Shown here in pieces: positions 10,238-19,287 of a stretch of 64,000 nucleotides of DNA. Below the pieces are notes generated by a model, which did no database searches, was not told the DNA's origin, and saw only the letters and a list, made by a program, of their open reading frames with translations. The position numbers were made by a program, and so were the translations under genes. Within the stretch, counting starts at the first letter, position 1. Each line of letters starts with the position of its first letter. The DNA lies in contig NZ_SBIV01000007.1 of the NCBI RefSeq assembly GCF_004765795.1, forward strand, positions 124,001 through 188,000, written 5' to 3'. This DNA comes from Halorussus marinus (GTDB lineage Archaea; Halobacteriota; Halobacteria; Halobacteriales; Haladaptataceae).

Positions 10238-10282
10238 CAGTCAGTGAAGAGCCGATCCACATCGCATTTCGACAGGGGCCAT

Positions 10283-10831
10283 TCAGACGACGGCTTGAAT
10301 CCGCCCTCCAAAATCGTCGACCGCTTCGGAGACAGCCTCCAGATCGGTGAGTCCAGTACAAAGGAGTTTCCCGCTCGCGAAGACGAGGATCACGTGGTCC
10401 GCTCCACGATACATCAGCGCTGGGAACTGCTCGGGCTCGTACTCGACGGCGTCCATCCCCAGCTCAAGGGTGAGCAGTTCCAGCGGAATCGGCGAGCCGA
10501 GGTCGCTCGTCGCCACGATATTGCTGATTTCAGCCGCCGGCTCGTACTCGAAGTCCAGCAGCTCACGCATAACCGCATTCACACGGTCGACCATCGTTTC
10601 GAAGTGCTCGATGGACCGACAGCCAGCGATCGAACAGCGCCCGGTCCGATAGAAGGCGACGTACGTGTCGTCGGGGGCAAAGCGCGTCTGTAACCAGTGG
10701 TTATCGGCCGGTTCGTAGGTGACGTCCGTAATTTCGTCCCGCTCGTCGAACGTCTCAGCAAGCGCCGCGAGGTCGAGTTCCTGCTGATAGGTGATCATCC
10801 CGACGACGTTGGCGACCTCGAGCTCCGTCAC
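10283..10831 (-). CDS. tbp: Divergent TATA-binding protein (TBP-A)
   Basis: Two TBP repeats: ANVVG...ELDL...FYRTGR and SNIVAT...YEPEQFPALMYR...LVFASGK; GTG start preceded by GAGGT. Confidence 0.85.
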   Translation of the reverse strand: MTELEVANVVGMITYQQELDLAALAETFDERDEITDVTYEPADNHWLQTRFAPDDTYVAFYRTGRCSIAGCRSIEHFETMVDRVNAVMRELLDFEYEPAAEISNIVATSDLGSPIPLELLTLELGMDAVEYEPEQFPALMYRGADHVILVFASGKLLCTGLTDLEAVSEAVDDFGGRIQAVV

Positions 10832-10940
10832 TACCTCGTCGTAGACCGCACCAGGGGAAAAGTCCGACTGATGACGCTCGTACGAACGAATTCACCGGGA
10901 CGACTGCGAAACCCGAGTGAGACGCCGAGGCTGCAACGAA

Positions 10941-13838
10941 TCAATCCCCCTCATTCATGAATTCCTCGAAGGTTTCGGGAACCTCCTCGTCCTCGGTCTG
11001 TTCTTCGTAGTCAAGCGAGTCGGCTTCGAGAATTCCCAGAAAGACCGGCCCTTCATCGGTGACGGTGATCATGTGGTCGGCATCATTGATGATGATGCGA
11101 CCGCCGCCGCGGAGGCGGTGGACGTACTCGGCAACCTCCTCGACTTCCGGAGTCGTGATATACTGACGGCCATCGGCTGTGTCACGAAACGGACGTCCCT
11201 GAGTGTCGACGCTCACAGTCCGCCCACGACGAGGCCCCTCATATGGATCCCCACGTACGAGGTCGGCCGGATCGGGAATCTCCGGTTGTTGATACGCAGA
11301 GACGTCCGGTTCGTGCTCCTTCGAAGGGCCCTCCAGTTCGCCTTTGATGATTTCGTCGCTGGTCTCCCACTTGTAGTAGTGATGGGTGCCGCCGATTTCG
11401 GCCTCCCAGTCGACTTCCTCGAAGATTCGTTCGTCAACTGTATCCTGGGCATAGAGCACGTACAGCGTCGAGGGCTTGTCCGGATCGTGGCCGGTTCGCA
11501 GGATGCGCCCGAGTGTCTGGATGCGATCACGGACGTTTCCAGACGAGACACGAATGATCCCAACGTCTGCCGAGGGGACGTCAACCCCTTCCTTGAGAGC
11601 CTGGACACTCAGCATCACGTTCGCAAACCCTTCGTCCCGGAACCATTCGATTCCCCACTCGTTCCACTCCGAATTGCGGTGCCCGGAGTGGTACATCACG
11701 GGTGCGTAATCGCGACGGAAAAACAGGTTTTCGAGGTCGCGATTGATATCGTCGAGTTCGTCCTCGTACTGTTGGTAGAGACTCGCCCGTTCGCTCTCCT
11801 TCGAGCCATACTTGCCCGTTTGGGTCTTCTCATCCCGCTGATCATACGGGGCGACCATCTGCTCCAGGTGTTTGATTCGTTCCTGGAATACGATCGTCTT
11901 CTTGTCCTCTTCGATTGCGTCCTCGAGGAGACGGTGTGTGATCGCTTGTCGGGAAACCGCCTCGGCGATCAGCTCACGCCGCCGTTTCGTGTACTCGAAG
12001 AAGTCGGCAATCGCCGGCGTCGGCGAGTCCGTCGACTCGCGAATCGTCTGTAGATTCTGTGAATAGTTTCCCCGCAATTCGGCGAGTCGGTGGCCGTGGC
12101 GCGCTTCAATATCCCGAACAGCGGATGACACCTTCTTCGAGAACTGTTCGTAGGTGTGACGTTCGGCCGGCGTTAGCTCGAAGCCGACGTAGTTGATGGT
12201 GAACTCGGAGATGAGGCCGCGGTCAGCTCCCTCGTCGTAACTCAGCCTGTAGAAAAGCGAGCCCAAGTTCTCGAGAAGGAACTCGTCGTCATCGGTGAGT
12301 TCGTCGTTCTCCGGATCGATCGTCGACAGCGGTGTCGCAGACAGCCCCATCGTCGCAGTGTTGGGATATTCGAGGACTTTCGAGTGGACATCTCCCGTAT
12401 ACCGGTGGCACTCATCGGCGACCAAGAGGTGCTCATCAGTATCGGCAGCGTCGAGCGACTGGGCCAGGAAATCGTCCTTGACAGCGGAGTTGACGATGCT
12501 CACGATGATGCGACGGTCACTATGATCGTCTTTGTGGCCTCCTCCCGCCCAGCCGATCTCCGACGGAGGGACGTTCAATTTCTCGAGGAACTCGCGGAGC
12601 CACTGGTGCATCAACACCTTCGTCGGCACAACAACCGTGACGACGCCGTCGGGATGCTTGTCCAGCCACTCGTCGATGGCACCAAGCGCCATCACCGTTT
12701 TACCGGCCCCCGTCACCACCTGCGCGATACCGCGTTCAGATGGGCTGGCCTCGTTGTCGAACCACGTGTCAATCGCTTCAGACTGCCAGTCGTAAAGCGA
12801 AAATCCAGCAGGGAACGTGTACGGTTCTCTCTCCTCGTCAAACGCATTTCTGACGTCCCGGCGGGAGATACCGGGGCTCGCCGCTGAGAGGAGGTCCTTG
12901 GCTTCCGCCTCGGTCTCGGCAGCGAGGATGTCCTCGAGTGTCTCGGCATAGAGTCCAGCGAGATCGCGGCCGTCGATATCATCGAATTTCGCTTTGATTT
13001 GTTCGCTGAGGGTGTCTCGAATGCGTTCATCCTCCTGGTATTCTTCGGACAGATGAATCTGGGGATGAGCCACGTCGCTCTCACGCGACGTCTCACGAAC
13101 ATAGTCGTCGAGGAAGCGGTTGTACAGGCTGCGGTGCCGTCCCCACCCACCGGACTCCCGGTACATGTAGTACTTTACGAGCGCCTGTTTGATGTCAGCA
13201 GCTGGGACATCGAACGTCGGGCCCCGATGATGGATCCACCGTTCGAGGTTGTGGAAGATGTCGACATCCCGCCACCGACCCTCGTAGGTGCTCGATCTAG
13301 GGCCAGGAACGTAGCCGTCGTCGGTTTCCCGGAGCGCACCGAGCTGAGTCAACAGTTCCGGATAGCCGCGTATCCCAGCATCGTTGTACTCGTATCCAAA
13401 CTCGTCGGTCAGCCGTTCACGAATCTCTCCCGCTTGTAACGGCCGATCAGCGTGTCGAACGACGTAATGCGCATCTCGGAGCCCTTCAATTCCTTCCGGA
13501 TAATTGCCTTGGAGAACCCAGCTCTGTTTGATGCCACGCCAGAGGAACTCCGCATACTCGATGTCGCTGTCGTGGAACCGGCGCGCGAACTCCCAGACGG
13601 TGATCTTATCGTCGCGTTCTCTGAGGACACCCATCTGGATGAACGTGGACAGTGTTCGTTCGATATAACTCGGCGAATACCGGCTGCCGTCGGGTTTGCG
13701 CAAGCGCTCACGACAGCGCTCCTCGAACTGATCTCGAGTGAATTCGTTGTCGTTCTCGATAGCGATCTCTACCAGTGTCGGAACCCATTCCGGTCCGCGT
13801 TCAATCCCGAAGATCGGTGTTGGAAAACGCCGTCCCAT
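10941..13838 (-). CDS. SF2 DExH helicase (XPB/Rad25/ResIII-like) with ~340 aa N-terminal extension and a novel C-terminal repeat domain
   Basis: LYDWQ, TGAGKT, VVVPT, DECH, LSATP, EGVDVP, QTLGRILR. Confidence 0.9.
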   Translation of the reverse strand: MGRRFPTPIFGIERGPEWVPTLVEIAIENDNEFTRDQFEERCRERLRKPDGSRYSPSYIERTLSTFIQMGVLRERDDKITVWEFARRFHDSDIEYAEFLWRGIKQSWVLQGNYPEGIEGLRDAHYVVRHADRPLQAGEIRERLTDEFGYEYNDAGIRGYPELLTQLGALRETDDGYVPGPRSSTYEGRWRDVDIFHNLERWIHHRGPTFDVPAADIKQALVKYYMYRESGGWGRHRSLYNRFLDDYVRETSRESDVAHPQIHLSEEYQEDERIRDTLSEQIKAKFDDIDGRDLAGLYAETLEDILAAETEAEAKDLLSAASPGISRRDVRNAFDEEREPYTFPAGFSLYDWQSEAIDTWFDNEASPSERGIAQVVTGAGKTVMALGAIDEWLDKHPDGVVTVVVPTKVLMHQWLREFLEKLNVPPSEIGWAGGGHKDDHSDRRIIVSIVNSAVKDDFLAQSLDAADTDEHLLVADECHRYTGDVHSKVLEYPNTATMGLSATPLSTIDPENDELTDDDEFLLENLGSLFYRLSYDEGADRGLISEFTINYVGFELTPAERHTYEQFSKKVSSAVRDIEARHGHRLAELRGNYSQNLQTIRESTDSPTPAIADFFEYTKRRRELIAEAVSRQAITHRLLEDAIEEDKKTIVFQERIKHLEQMVAPYDQRDEKTQTGKYGSKESERASLYQQYEDELDDINRDLENLFFRRDYAPVMYHSGHRNSEWNEWGIEWFRDEGFANVMLSVQALKEGVDVPSADVGIIRVSSGNVRDRIQTLGRILRTGHDPDKPSTLYVLYAQDTVDERIFEEVDWEAEIGGTHHYYKWETSDEIIKGELEGPSKEHEPDVSAYQQPEIPDPADLVRGDPYEGPRRGRTVSVDTQGRPFRDTADGRQYITTPEVEEVAEYVHRLRGGGRIIINDADHMITVTDEGPVFLGILEADSLDYEEQTEDEEVPETFEEFMNEGD

Positions 13839-13871
13839 GATGTTAGTCGACAGTCATTATTTGAGGGTGCG

Positions 13872-14762
13872 CTACTGATCCGGGTCCATCGCACTGTCTC
13901 CGAAGTAGCTGTTGTCAGTGACCACTGGTTTCGGAACGATCCCTCCGTCGAACTGTGAAATATGACCGAGATACACGGGAAGGAGACCGTTCGCAGCGGC
14001 CTCACTCTCAGTACGGTTCAGTCGACGAGTTACAAGTCGGCGTTCAGCATTCGACGCCGTTCGTTCCCACTCGTCGAAAGCGTCGCGGATCCGTCCCCGT
14101 TCGCTTGAGGGGACTGTATCGCGATCGACATTCCCCCAGATGTGACCGTGTTCGTTGATATAGATCCGCCCGCCCTCTGGACGGAGAGATTTGTACGCCG
14201 CAACAAGTTCCGGATGATCAAAGGCCGATTCAAAGCGGTAGTCCTGCCAGCTCCATCGGAGCACATCATCTGTACAAACCGCCCAAGTCTCGCCGTGATT
14301 GAACGGGAGGCCCGTCCAGATTTCCACGGCGTTCGTGTTGCTGGGCGGCGTAGGGTCGTTGGAGATCTCCTCGAAATCAAAGTCGCCATCGAGCTTGCCG
14401 ACATAAACGGGGATATGACCACGGTTAGCACGGGCCTGCGAAGTCCGTTGATACTGGTCAGCTGGGACTTTTGTCAGTACTTCCCCGGTAGCGGTCAGCC
14501 GAAAGCTCCCACGCCCGTTGGTTTTCCCGAGTTCGGTGAGGGCAGTTTTGAGTCTGCCCGGCCGTTCGGTCATCGCCTGGATGTCGCCCATGTGGCTCCA
14601 CTGGGCCACATCACCGAACTTCCGGGACGAAACGATACTGTATTTCGAACCGCGATATGCAGAGGGCCACGGATGTCCCGGTTCAACCGTCAGCTGTCGC
14701 CGGTTGACGGTCGGGACCTGGGTCGGCTCCTGCCTGAGCGACCCGTTTCCCTCAGCGCTCAT
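13872..14762 (-). CDS. Hypothetical protein with two copies of the novel repeat domain (paralogue B)
   Basis: PGHPWPSAYRG...GSFRLTATGEVLTKV...PVYVGKL and GGRIYINEHGHI...PVYLGHI; ATGA overlap with the upstream gene. Confidence 0.8.
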   Translation of the reverse strand: MSAEGNGSLRQEPTQVPTVNRRQLTVEPGHPWPSAYRGSKYSIVSSRKFGDVAQWSHMGDIQAMTERPGRLKTALTELGKTNGRGSFRLTATGEVLTKVPADQYQRTSQARANRGHIPVYVGKLDGDFDFEEISNDPTPPSNTNAVEIWTGLPFNHGETWAVCTDDVLRWSWQDYRFESAFDHPELVAAYKSLRPEGGRIYINEHGHIWGNVDRDTVPSSERGRIRDAFDEWERTASNAERRLVTRRLNRTESEAAANGLLPVYLGHISQFDGGIVPKPVVTDNSYFGDSAMDPDQ

Positions 14763-15646
14763 CGTGACCCCTCCCCCCGATCGTCGCGGCGGTGATCGTC
14801 TTCCGAGAGATCGCTCTCTTCGTAGGACCCCATCGCGGCGACCCAGGCCTCTAACGAGGCTTCCTCTTGCTCAGAGAGCGGATCGGTCAGCCGGGTCGGC
14901 TCTTCGACTTCGATCGGCCGCTCGTCAGCGGAGAGATGGCCAACGTAGACGGGGACCATATCGACGTTGCCGCGGTCGCGCCGAAGCTGGAGGAACCGTT
15001 TCACCGGGCGAGACAGCTCCCGGAATTGCGCTCGGATATCGGGAGGCGTTTTCTCGTTGGGGATCTGCGTGACGACGTCACCACAGGGCGTGATCACGAA
15101 CCGACCGCCGTTCATCCGAAGCCGTTTCAGCTCGTCGGTGATCTCTCGGGGCAACGTATCGGCAAATGAGTGCCGAAGCTTCGTTTCGCCGTCCTGCCAC
15201 CAGAACCGCTCGCCACTGAACGAGTACGTCGCTCCATCATAGACGCTCTTCCAGAGGTCGCCGGGATCGAGTCCGTTCGGACTGATCGGGACGGCGTGCC
15301 CCGGCTCATCACGGGGGACGAGCCGGCCGTCGAGGTCCATTTGACCGACGTACACGGTCTTGTACGCGTCTGAACTGCCGTCTCCGGTCTCGATTCGCGT
15401 GATAACGGCTCCGCCTTCGGTAACACGGAGAGCGCCACCGCTCCGTTTCAGCTCAAGCAACTCAGTGACGAGGCCGGATGGTACCGGCTCCAGGTCGAAA
15501 CGGTCGGTTCCGTTATACGCCTGCCACCAGATGTCGCCGTCCTGGTTTATGCTCAGCCCGTAGCCACGATAGTGGAACGGCCACTCATCACCAGGACTCA
15601 GCGCGTCGATCGTCGATTCGGGAGTGGATGTCTCGTTATCGGCCAT
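14759..15646 (-). CDS. Hypothetical protein with two copies of the novel repeat domain (paralogue A)
   Basis: LSPGDEWPFHYRG...GGALRVTEGGAVITRI...TVYVGQM and LDPGDLWKSVYDG...GGRFVITPCGDVVTQI...PVYVGHL. Confidence 0.8.
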   Translation of the reverse strand: MADNETSTPESTIDALSPGDEWPFHYRGYGLSINQDGDIWWQAYNGTDRFDLEPVPSGLVTELLELKRSGGALRVTEGGAVITRIETGDGSSDAYKTVYVGQMDLDGRLVPRDEPGHAVPISPNGLDPGDLWKSVYDGATYSFSGERFWWQDGETKLRHSFADTLPREITDELKRLRMNGGRFVITPCGDVVTQIPNEKTPPDIRAQFRELSRPVKRFLQLRRDRGNVDMVPVYVGHLSADERPIEVEEPTRLTDPLSEQEEASLEAWVAAMGSYEESDLSEDDHRRDDRGEGSR

Positions 15647-15665
15647 TGGTGTTAGTCTATTGAGG

Positions 15666-16802
15666 TTATGTGGATTCCGTGTCGTTGGATCGGAACGTCT
15701 CGCCGGCAGCTGTTAGTTCATAGGCAATACCTCGCTGACCGACCTGGCTCCGGTCGACCAGCCCCAGCTCGTACATTCGACTCGTGAGGCCAGAGCGAAC
15801 CGTCTCAGCCTGCGAATTCGACCACTCCGGATTCAGATAAGCCACCCGCTCGGTCAGCGACGTTGGCCGGTTGTCTCCCTCTTCGATTGCTTGAGCGACC
15901 TTTTGCATCGCCGTGTATTCTTCTTCTCGCACGCCCCGTACGTGCGAGATGTAGAACTCCTGCTCCTCCTGTGAGAGAGACGTGTCGGCGTCAACGCCGT
16001 CATCGAGAAGTGGGTTCGAGAGGCTTGCAAATTCCTGGCCAGCGTCCGTGAGCCCGATCTGCGGGGGGCTTTCTCGAACGATGTCGACGAAGGACAGGTG
16101 CGGTAGTGCCCCGGTTAATTCATCGTCGTGCTCGACGCGTCCAATGAAATGCGTCTCGAATCGATCCATCGATTTGTCGGGATCATCGCCCGTGGGCAAC
16201 GCGGCAGCGAGTTTCTCACCTCGTTTGCGCCCCGCTCGCTCGTCGTGTGTTGCGATTTCAGTCCCGATCTCTCGAGCCGTCCTCGCGGCGCGGCGCTGAA
16301 ACGGCTGGAGATCAAGCCACGGACCGTCGGGGAGCCCCTCCTCGGACGAGTCCAGCAAAGCATTCGCTAATCCCCGAACGACCAGCTTGACGGGGAAAAT
16401 ACGATTGTACTGTCCCCAGAGAGGACCTTTGTCCAACCGCGACTCGTCGGGCGGTGCAACCGTCGGAATGTCGTCGTACTGGCGTCGAGCCAGCGACAGC
16501 GTTGTCTCGTTCGTCCGATCAGCCGGCGGAGCATCGTCAGACTGTCGCTCTTGCACCTGTTCGTGAGCCGAATCGTCGGGCTGGGTGCCCTCAGGCGCTG
16601 CTTCTATTTCCGACTCTGGGTCTACAGAATTGAGGGCTTCGTCGAGTGATTTGACCTCCTGGGAAATCTCCTCCTCTTCGAGCTGGATTTGATTCTCGAT
16701 CGCCGTCCGAACGAACTCCTGTGGGTCATCGTAGCTGCCTGCAGCGACAGCGCGTTTCATCCGGCCGACGAGTGAATCGGGCACGTCTATTACGATATTC
16801 AC
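15666..16802 (-). CDS. Putative DNA-binding protein: N-terminal ribbon-helix-helix, acidic linker, C-terminal winged helix
   Basis: MNIVIDVPDSLVGRMKRAVAAGSYDDPQEFVRTAI (RHH-like); SRMYELGLVDRSQVGQRGIAYELT (wing). Confidence 0.6.
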   Translation of the reverse strand: MNIVIDVPDSLVGRMKRAVAAGSYDDPQEFVRTAIENQIQLEEEEISQEVKSLDEALNSVDPESEIEAAPEGTQPDDSAHEQVQERQSDDAPPADRTNETTLSLARRQYDDIPTVAPPDESRLDKGPLWGQYNRIFPVKLVVRGLANALLDSSEEGLPDGPWLDLQPFQRRAARTAREIGTEIATHDERAGRKRGEKLAAALPTGDDPDKSMDRFETHFIGRVEHDDELTGALPHLSFVDIVRESPPQIGLTDAGQEFASLSNPLLDDGVDADTSLSQEEQEFYISHVRGVREEEYTAMQKVAQAIEEGDNRPTSLTERVAYLNPEWSNSQAETVRSGLTSRMYELGLVDRSQVGQRGIAYELTAAGETFRSNDTEST

Positions 16803-16973
16803 CCTTTGTATCCCCTCGTACCCATTACCATACTCTATGAGTATTTATATTTTTCGTGGGTCTGTATGGGTTTGTGTGAGTACGTAAGAGAGCCCTTGAT
16901 ACGACCATTCCGGTGTTCCAGATGCTTTGCTACCTCTACCATTTCCGAGGCTTCTCCTGGAAATCCACCCGTT

Positions 16974-17019
16974 TCTTACCAAACATTAGCGGCGAGTACT
17001 GATCAGTAGTTTGGTAAGA
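16974..17019. repeat. Inverted-repeat site copy 3 (TCTTACCAAAC-N24-GTTTGGTAAGA)
   Basis: Perfect 11-bp arms at 16974-16984 and 17009-17019. Confidence 0.88.
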
Positions 17020-17052
17020 CACACCCAAAACCAGATAGTCGAGGCCAAGCAA

Positions 17053-18795
17053 TTAGAATGTGAATTGAAACTCCCCGCTGTCCATTATCGAATCGATAGC
17101 GTCTTCTCGAAGGTTGTCTCCAGCCCCTGTGATGCGTCGAGCACCCGGCGGGAACTCCCAGCCATTGCGCTTGTAGACGGCTAAGTAGTCAATCTCATCA
17201 GAACTGAAGGTTTTCGAGTTCGCATATTGAGTACCAGGACGCCGGAGTTGAACCGTCGTTTGCCGAGTTCGTTGCTGGACGTAGTGGAGAAGTCGCTCCG
17301 GGGACTCAAGGACCTCGACAAGTACCTGCAGGTCATAGATATCGCAGACGTACGGAACAGGCGTAATATCAAGTATTTTCGCGAAGTCGCGAGTCGCGAT
17401 TGACCCATACGATTCTCCAAGTACAAGCCACCGATGTGCATCCTCAAGAGTGGAGGGTTCCAAGCAGATCGTCGTCCCATCCGACGTGTCGATCTCAGTA
17501 ATCTGGCCGGATTGAACACCCGTCACCAGTCGATCAGCCTGGTGGTACGCGTCACCGATCCCTCGTTCGGTGTCCTCCTTGATCGGGTCGATGCCCCCGA
17601 AGTTTCCTTTCCGAGTCTCGGCGCGGAGCTTCTTCCCCTTACATTCGATTACAACGGGTTCATCGTCGTCGTGGAGGATCAGTATATCACCCTCCACTTC
17701 CTCTCCGTCGTACTCATAGGTGTAGTTCCGAATGATATCATCTTCCGAGAAGACCTTCAAGAGACAGTCCTCAGTCCATTCCTCGAGCCAGTCACCGAAC
17801 CGCAGCTGAAATTCGCCCTGATACTCCGAACCGATCAAATCGTAGTAGAAGGTGTTGGCGAGAGCATAGAGAACGGTACGGGGAAGCGGAAGCAAGTACT
17901 CATCACCAGTTCGAATGAACGGCGCTCGCTCTAGTGGATTCACATCTACCGGCGTGCGAAATCCGGAAGCAGTACCCGGTTCGACGGTTAGTCGTTCGAG
18001 AAAATTCTGAAAACGTGGGCTGTCGTCGCACCAGTCCACAAGAGTCTCGTCGGGCACCCACACCGCCTCGTCCGTGAGATCAATCGCTTTCTGAGAGAAA
18101 TCTAGCAATGACGGCGACCACCTCGCGACCTCCGTATCCTGTCCCTCTAATCTCGGTGTAATCCAATCCGTGAGTTCACGGGTATAGTAGACGGCATCCT
18201 CGATGGAAAAGCCGAGAAGTTCCTCCATCTCCTGCTCCCAGGGTTTGTATGCCCGGTATGCTTTTTCGAGCATCTGAAAACCATCTGCGTGACGCAGGGT
18301 CGTGAGTTCACGCCACACCATCCCGAAGTACGGATCCGCCATCGGTGAGTCGAGCGGAAGGTGTGAGCTACCCTGCCGAGCGTACCAGTTCTTGAGTTCG
18401 AGGAGATATGTCGCAATCTGCTCGAACGACTGTGGATCGGTCGTTTCAGTATCCGTCTGGAGGGTAATTCCGACGCCGAACTGGACGAGTCGCGGTGGGA
18501 GACCAGGATCTTGCTCCGGTGAGAGCTCTAGGCCAGTCGGATTCGATGGTGCGCGACTTTGATCTCCGTGCCGCAATAGACTCATTCGAAGGAGATTGTG
18601 GACATAGAACTGTGTTAGCGTCCGGCGAGTCCCATTCGTGCGAATCGTCTGAAGGAGAGAAGAGAGAATCTCATCGTGGTCGGAGTGGGCGAGGGAGTGA
18701 TTCCCGCGTTGGAGTTTCTCATCTCGGCGATGGACTTCAGAGGGGTCGAGATGTTCAGGAGAATTCACAAAGGGAGGGTCCTCATTCACGTCCAT
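17053..18795 (-). CDS. NERD/PD-(D/E)xK nuclease-domain protein
   Basis: GDWLEE...EVEGDILILHDDDEPVVIECK motif; start uncertain (ATG 18795 chosen). Confidence 0.6.
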   Translation of the reverse strand: MDVNEDPPFVNSPEHLDPSEVHRRDEKLQRGNHSLAHSDHDEILSSLLQTIRTNGTRRTLTQFYVHNLLRMSLLRHGDQSRAPSNPTGLELSPEQDPGLPPRLVQFGVGITLQTDTETTDPQSFEQIATYLLELKNWYARQGSSHLPLDSPMADPYFGMVWRELTTLRHADGFQMLEKAYRAYKPWEQEMEELLGFSIEDAVYYTRELTDWITPRLEGQDTEVARWSPSLLDFSQKAIDLTDEAVWVPDETLVDWCDDSPRFQNFLERLTVEPGTASGFRTPVDVNPLERAPFIRTGDEYLLPLPRTVLYALANTFYYDLIGSEYQGEFQLRFGDWLEEWTEDCLLKVFSEDDIIRNYTYEYDGEEVEGDILILHDDDEPVVIECKGKKLRAETRKGNFGGIDPIKEDTERGIGDAYHQADRLVTGVQSGQITEIDTSDGTTICLEPSTLEDAHRWLVLGESYGSIATRDFAKILDITPVPYVCDIYDLQVLVEVLESPERLLHYVQQRTRQTTVQLRRPGTQYANSKTFSSDEIDYLAVYKRNGWEFPPGARRITGAGDNLREDAIDSIMDSGEFQFTF

Positions 18796-18840
18796 TATCG
18801 ACTGATTGAGATGGTAATCCGATAAACCAACGCTTCCTGC

Positions 18841-18886
18841 TCTTACCAAACAATTTGTGCTATTTTGTTCCCAACATTTGGTAAGA
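18841..18886. repeat. Inverted-repeat site copy 4 (TCTTACCAAAC-N24-ATTTGGTAAGA)
   Basis: Arms at 18841-18851 and 18876-18886. Confidence 0.85.
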
Positions 18887-18927
18887 TATCGAGAGAACCT
18901 CGTCAGCCCAAGGATTGAGCAACAGGA

Positions 18928-19287
18928 TTATGGCTGGGAGAGGTTCTCAAGCCGCTCGATGCCGTTGATTCCCCACTCAGATTTGTGCCCGTCTTCCTTC
19001 TTTTCCGCTCGGAGCGGAGTGACGAATGAATCCTTGGTAGCGGGTGTGATAAGCTCAAAAAAGTAGGTGTCAGCTTTCTGGTCGCCAGCTGGTGGTTGAA
19101 CATCAATTCGAGTCGTCGGGTTCTCTGTTTCGCTGTCAGGGAGAGACAACGATAGCGAGACTTCAGTTTCAAACGGAGAGTTTGGTTGATACTGGTGCGT
19201 ACTGAAGCTCCCGTCAAAATGGAATCGTACCTTGTCACCGGTTTCAATATCGCGAGCCACGGCAGCAGGGTCCGTTGAATTCGACAT
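18928..19287 (-). CDS. Hypothetical protein (119 aa, beta-rich)
   Basis: ATG start, acidic composition, no recognised motif. Confidence 0.55.
   Translation of the reverse strand: MSNSTDPAAVARDIETGDKVRFHFDGSFSTHQYQPNSPFETEVSLSLSLPDSETENPTTRIDVQPPAGDQKADTYFFELITPATKDSFVTPLRAEKKEDGHKSEWGINGIERLENLSQP

Noticed and set aside
10941..16802. Assigning the helicase operon to BREX, DISARM, Dnd/Pbe, Dpd or Hachiman
   Set aside because: Required partners (PglX/PglZ, DrmB, DndCD, TGT-like DpdA, AAA ATPase, PLD nuclease, HamA) are not recognisable in the window.
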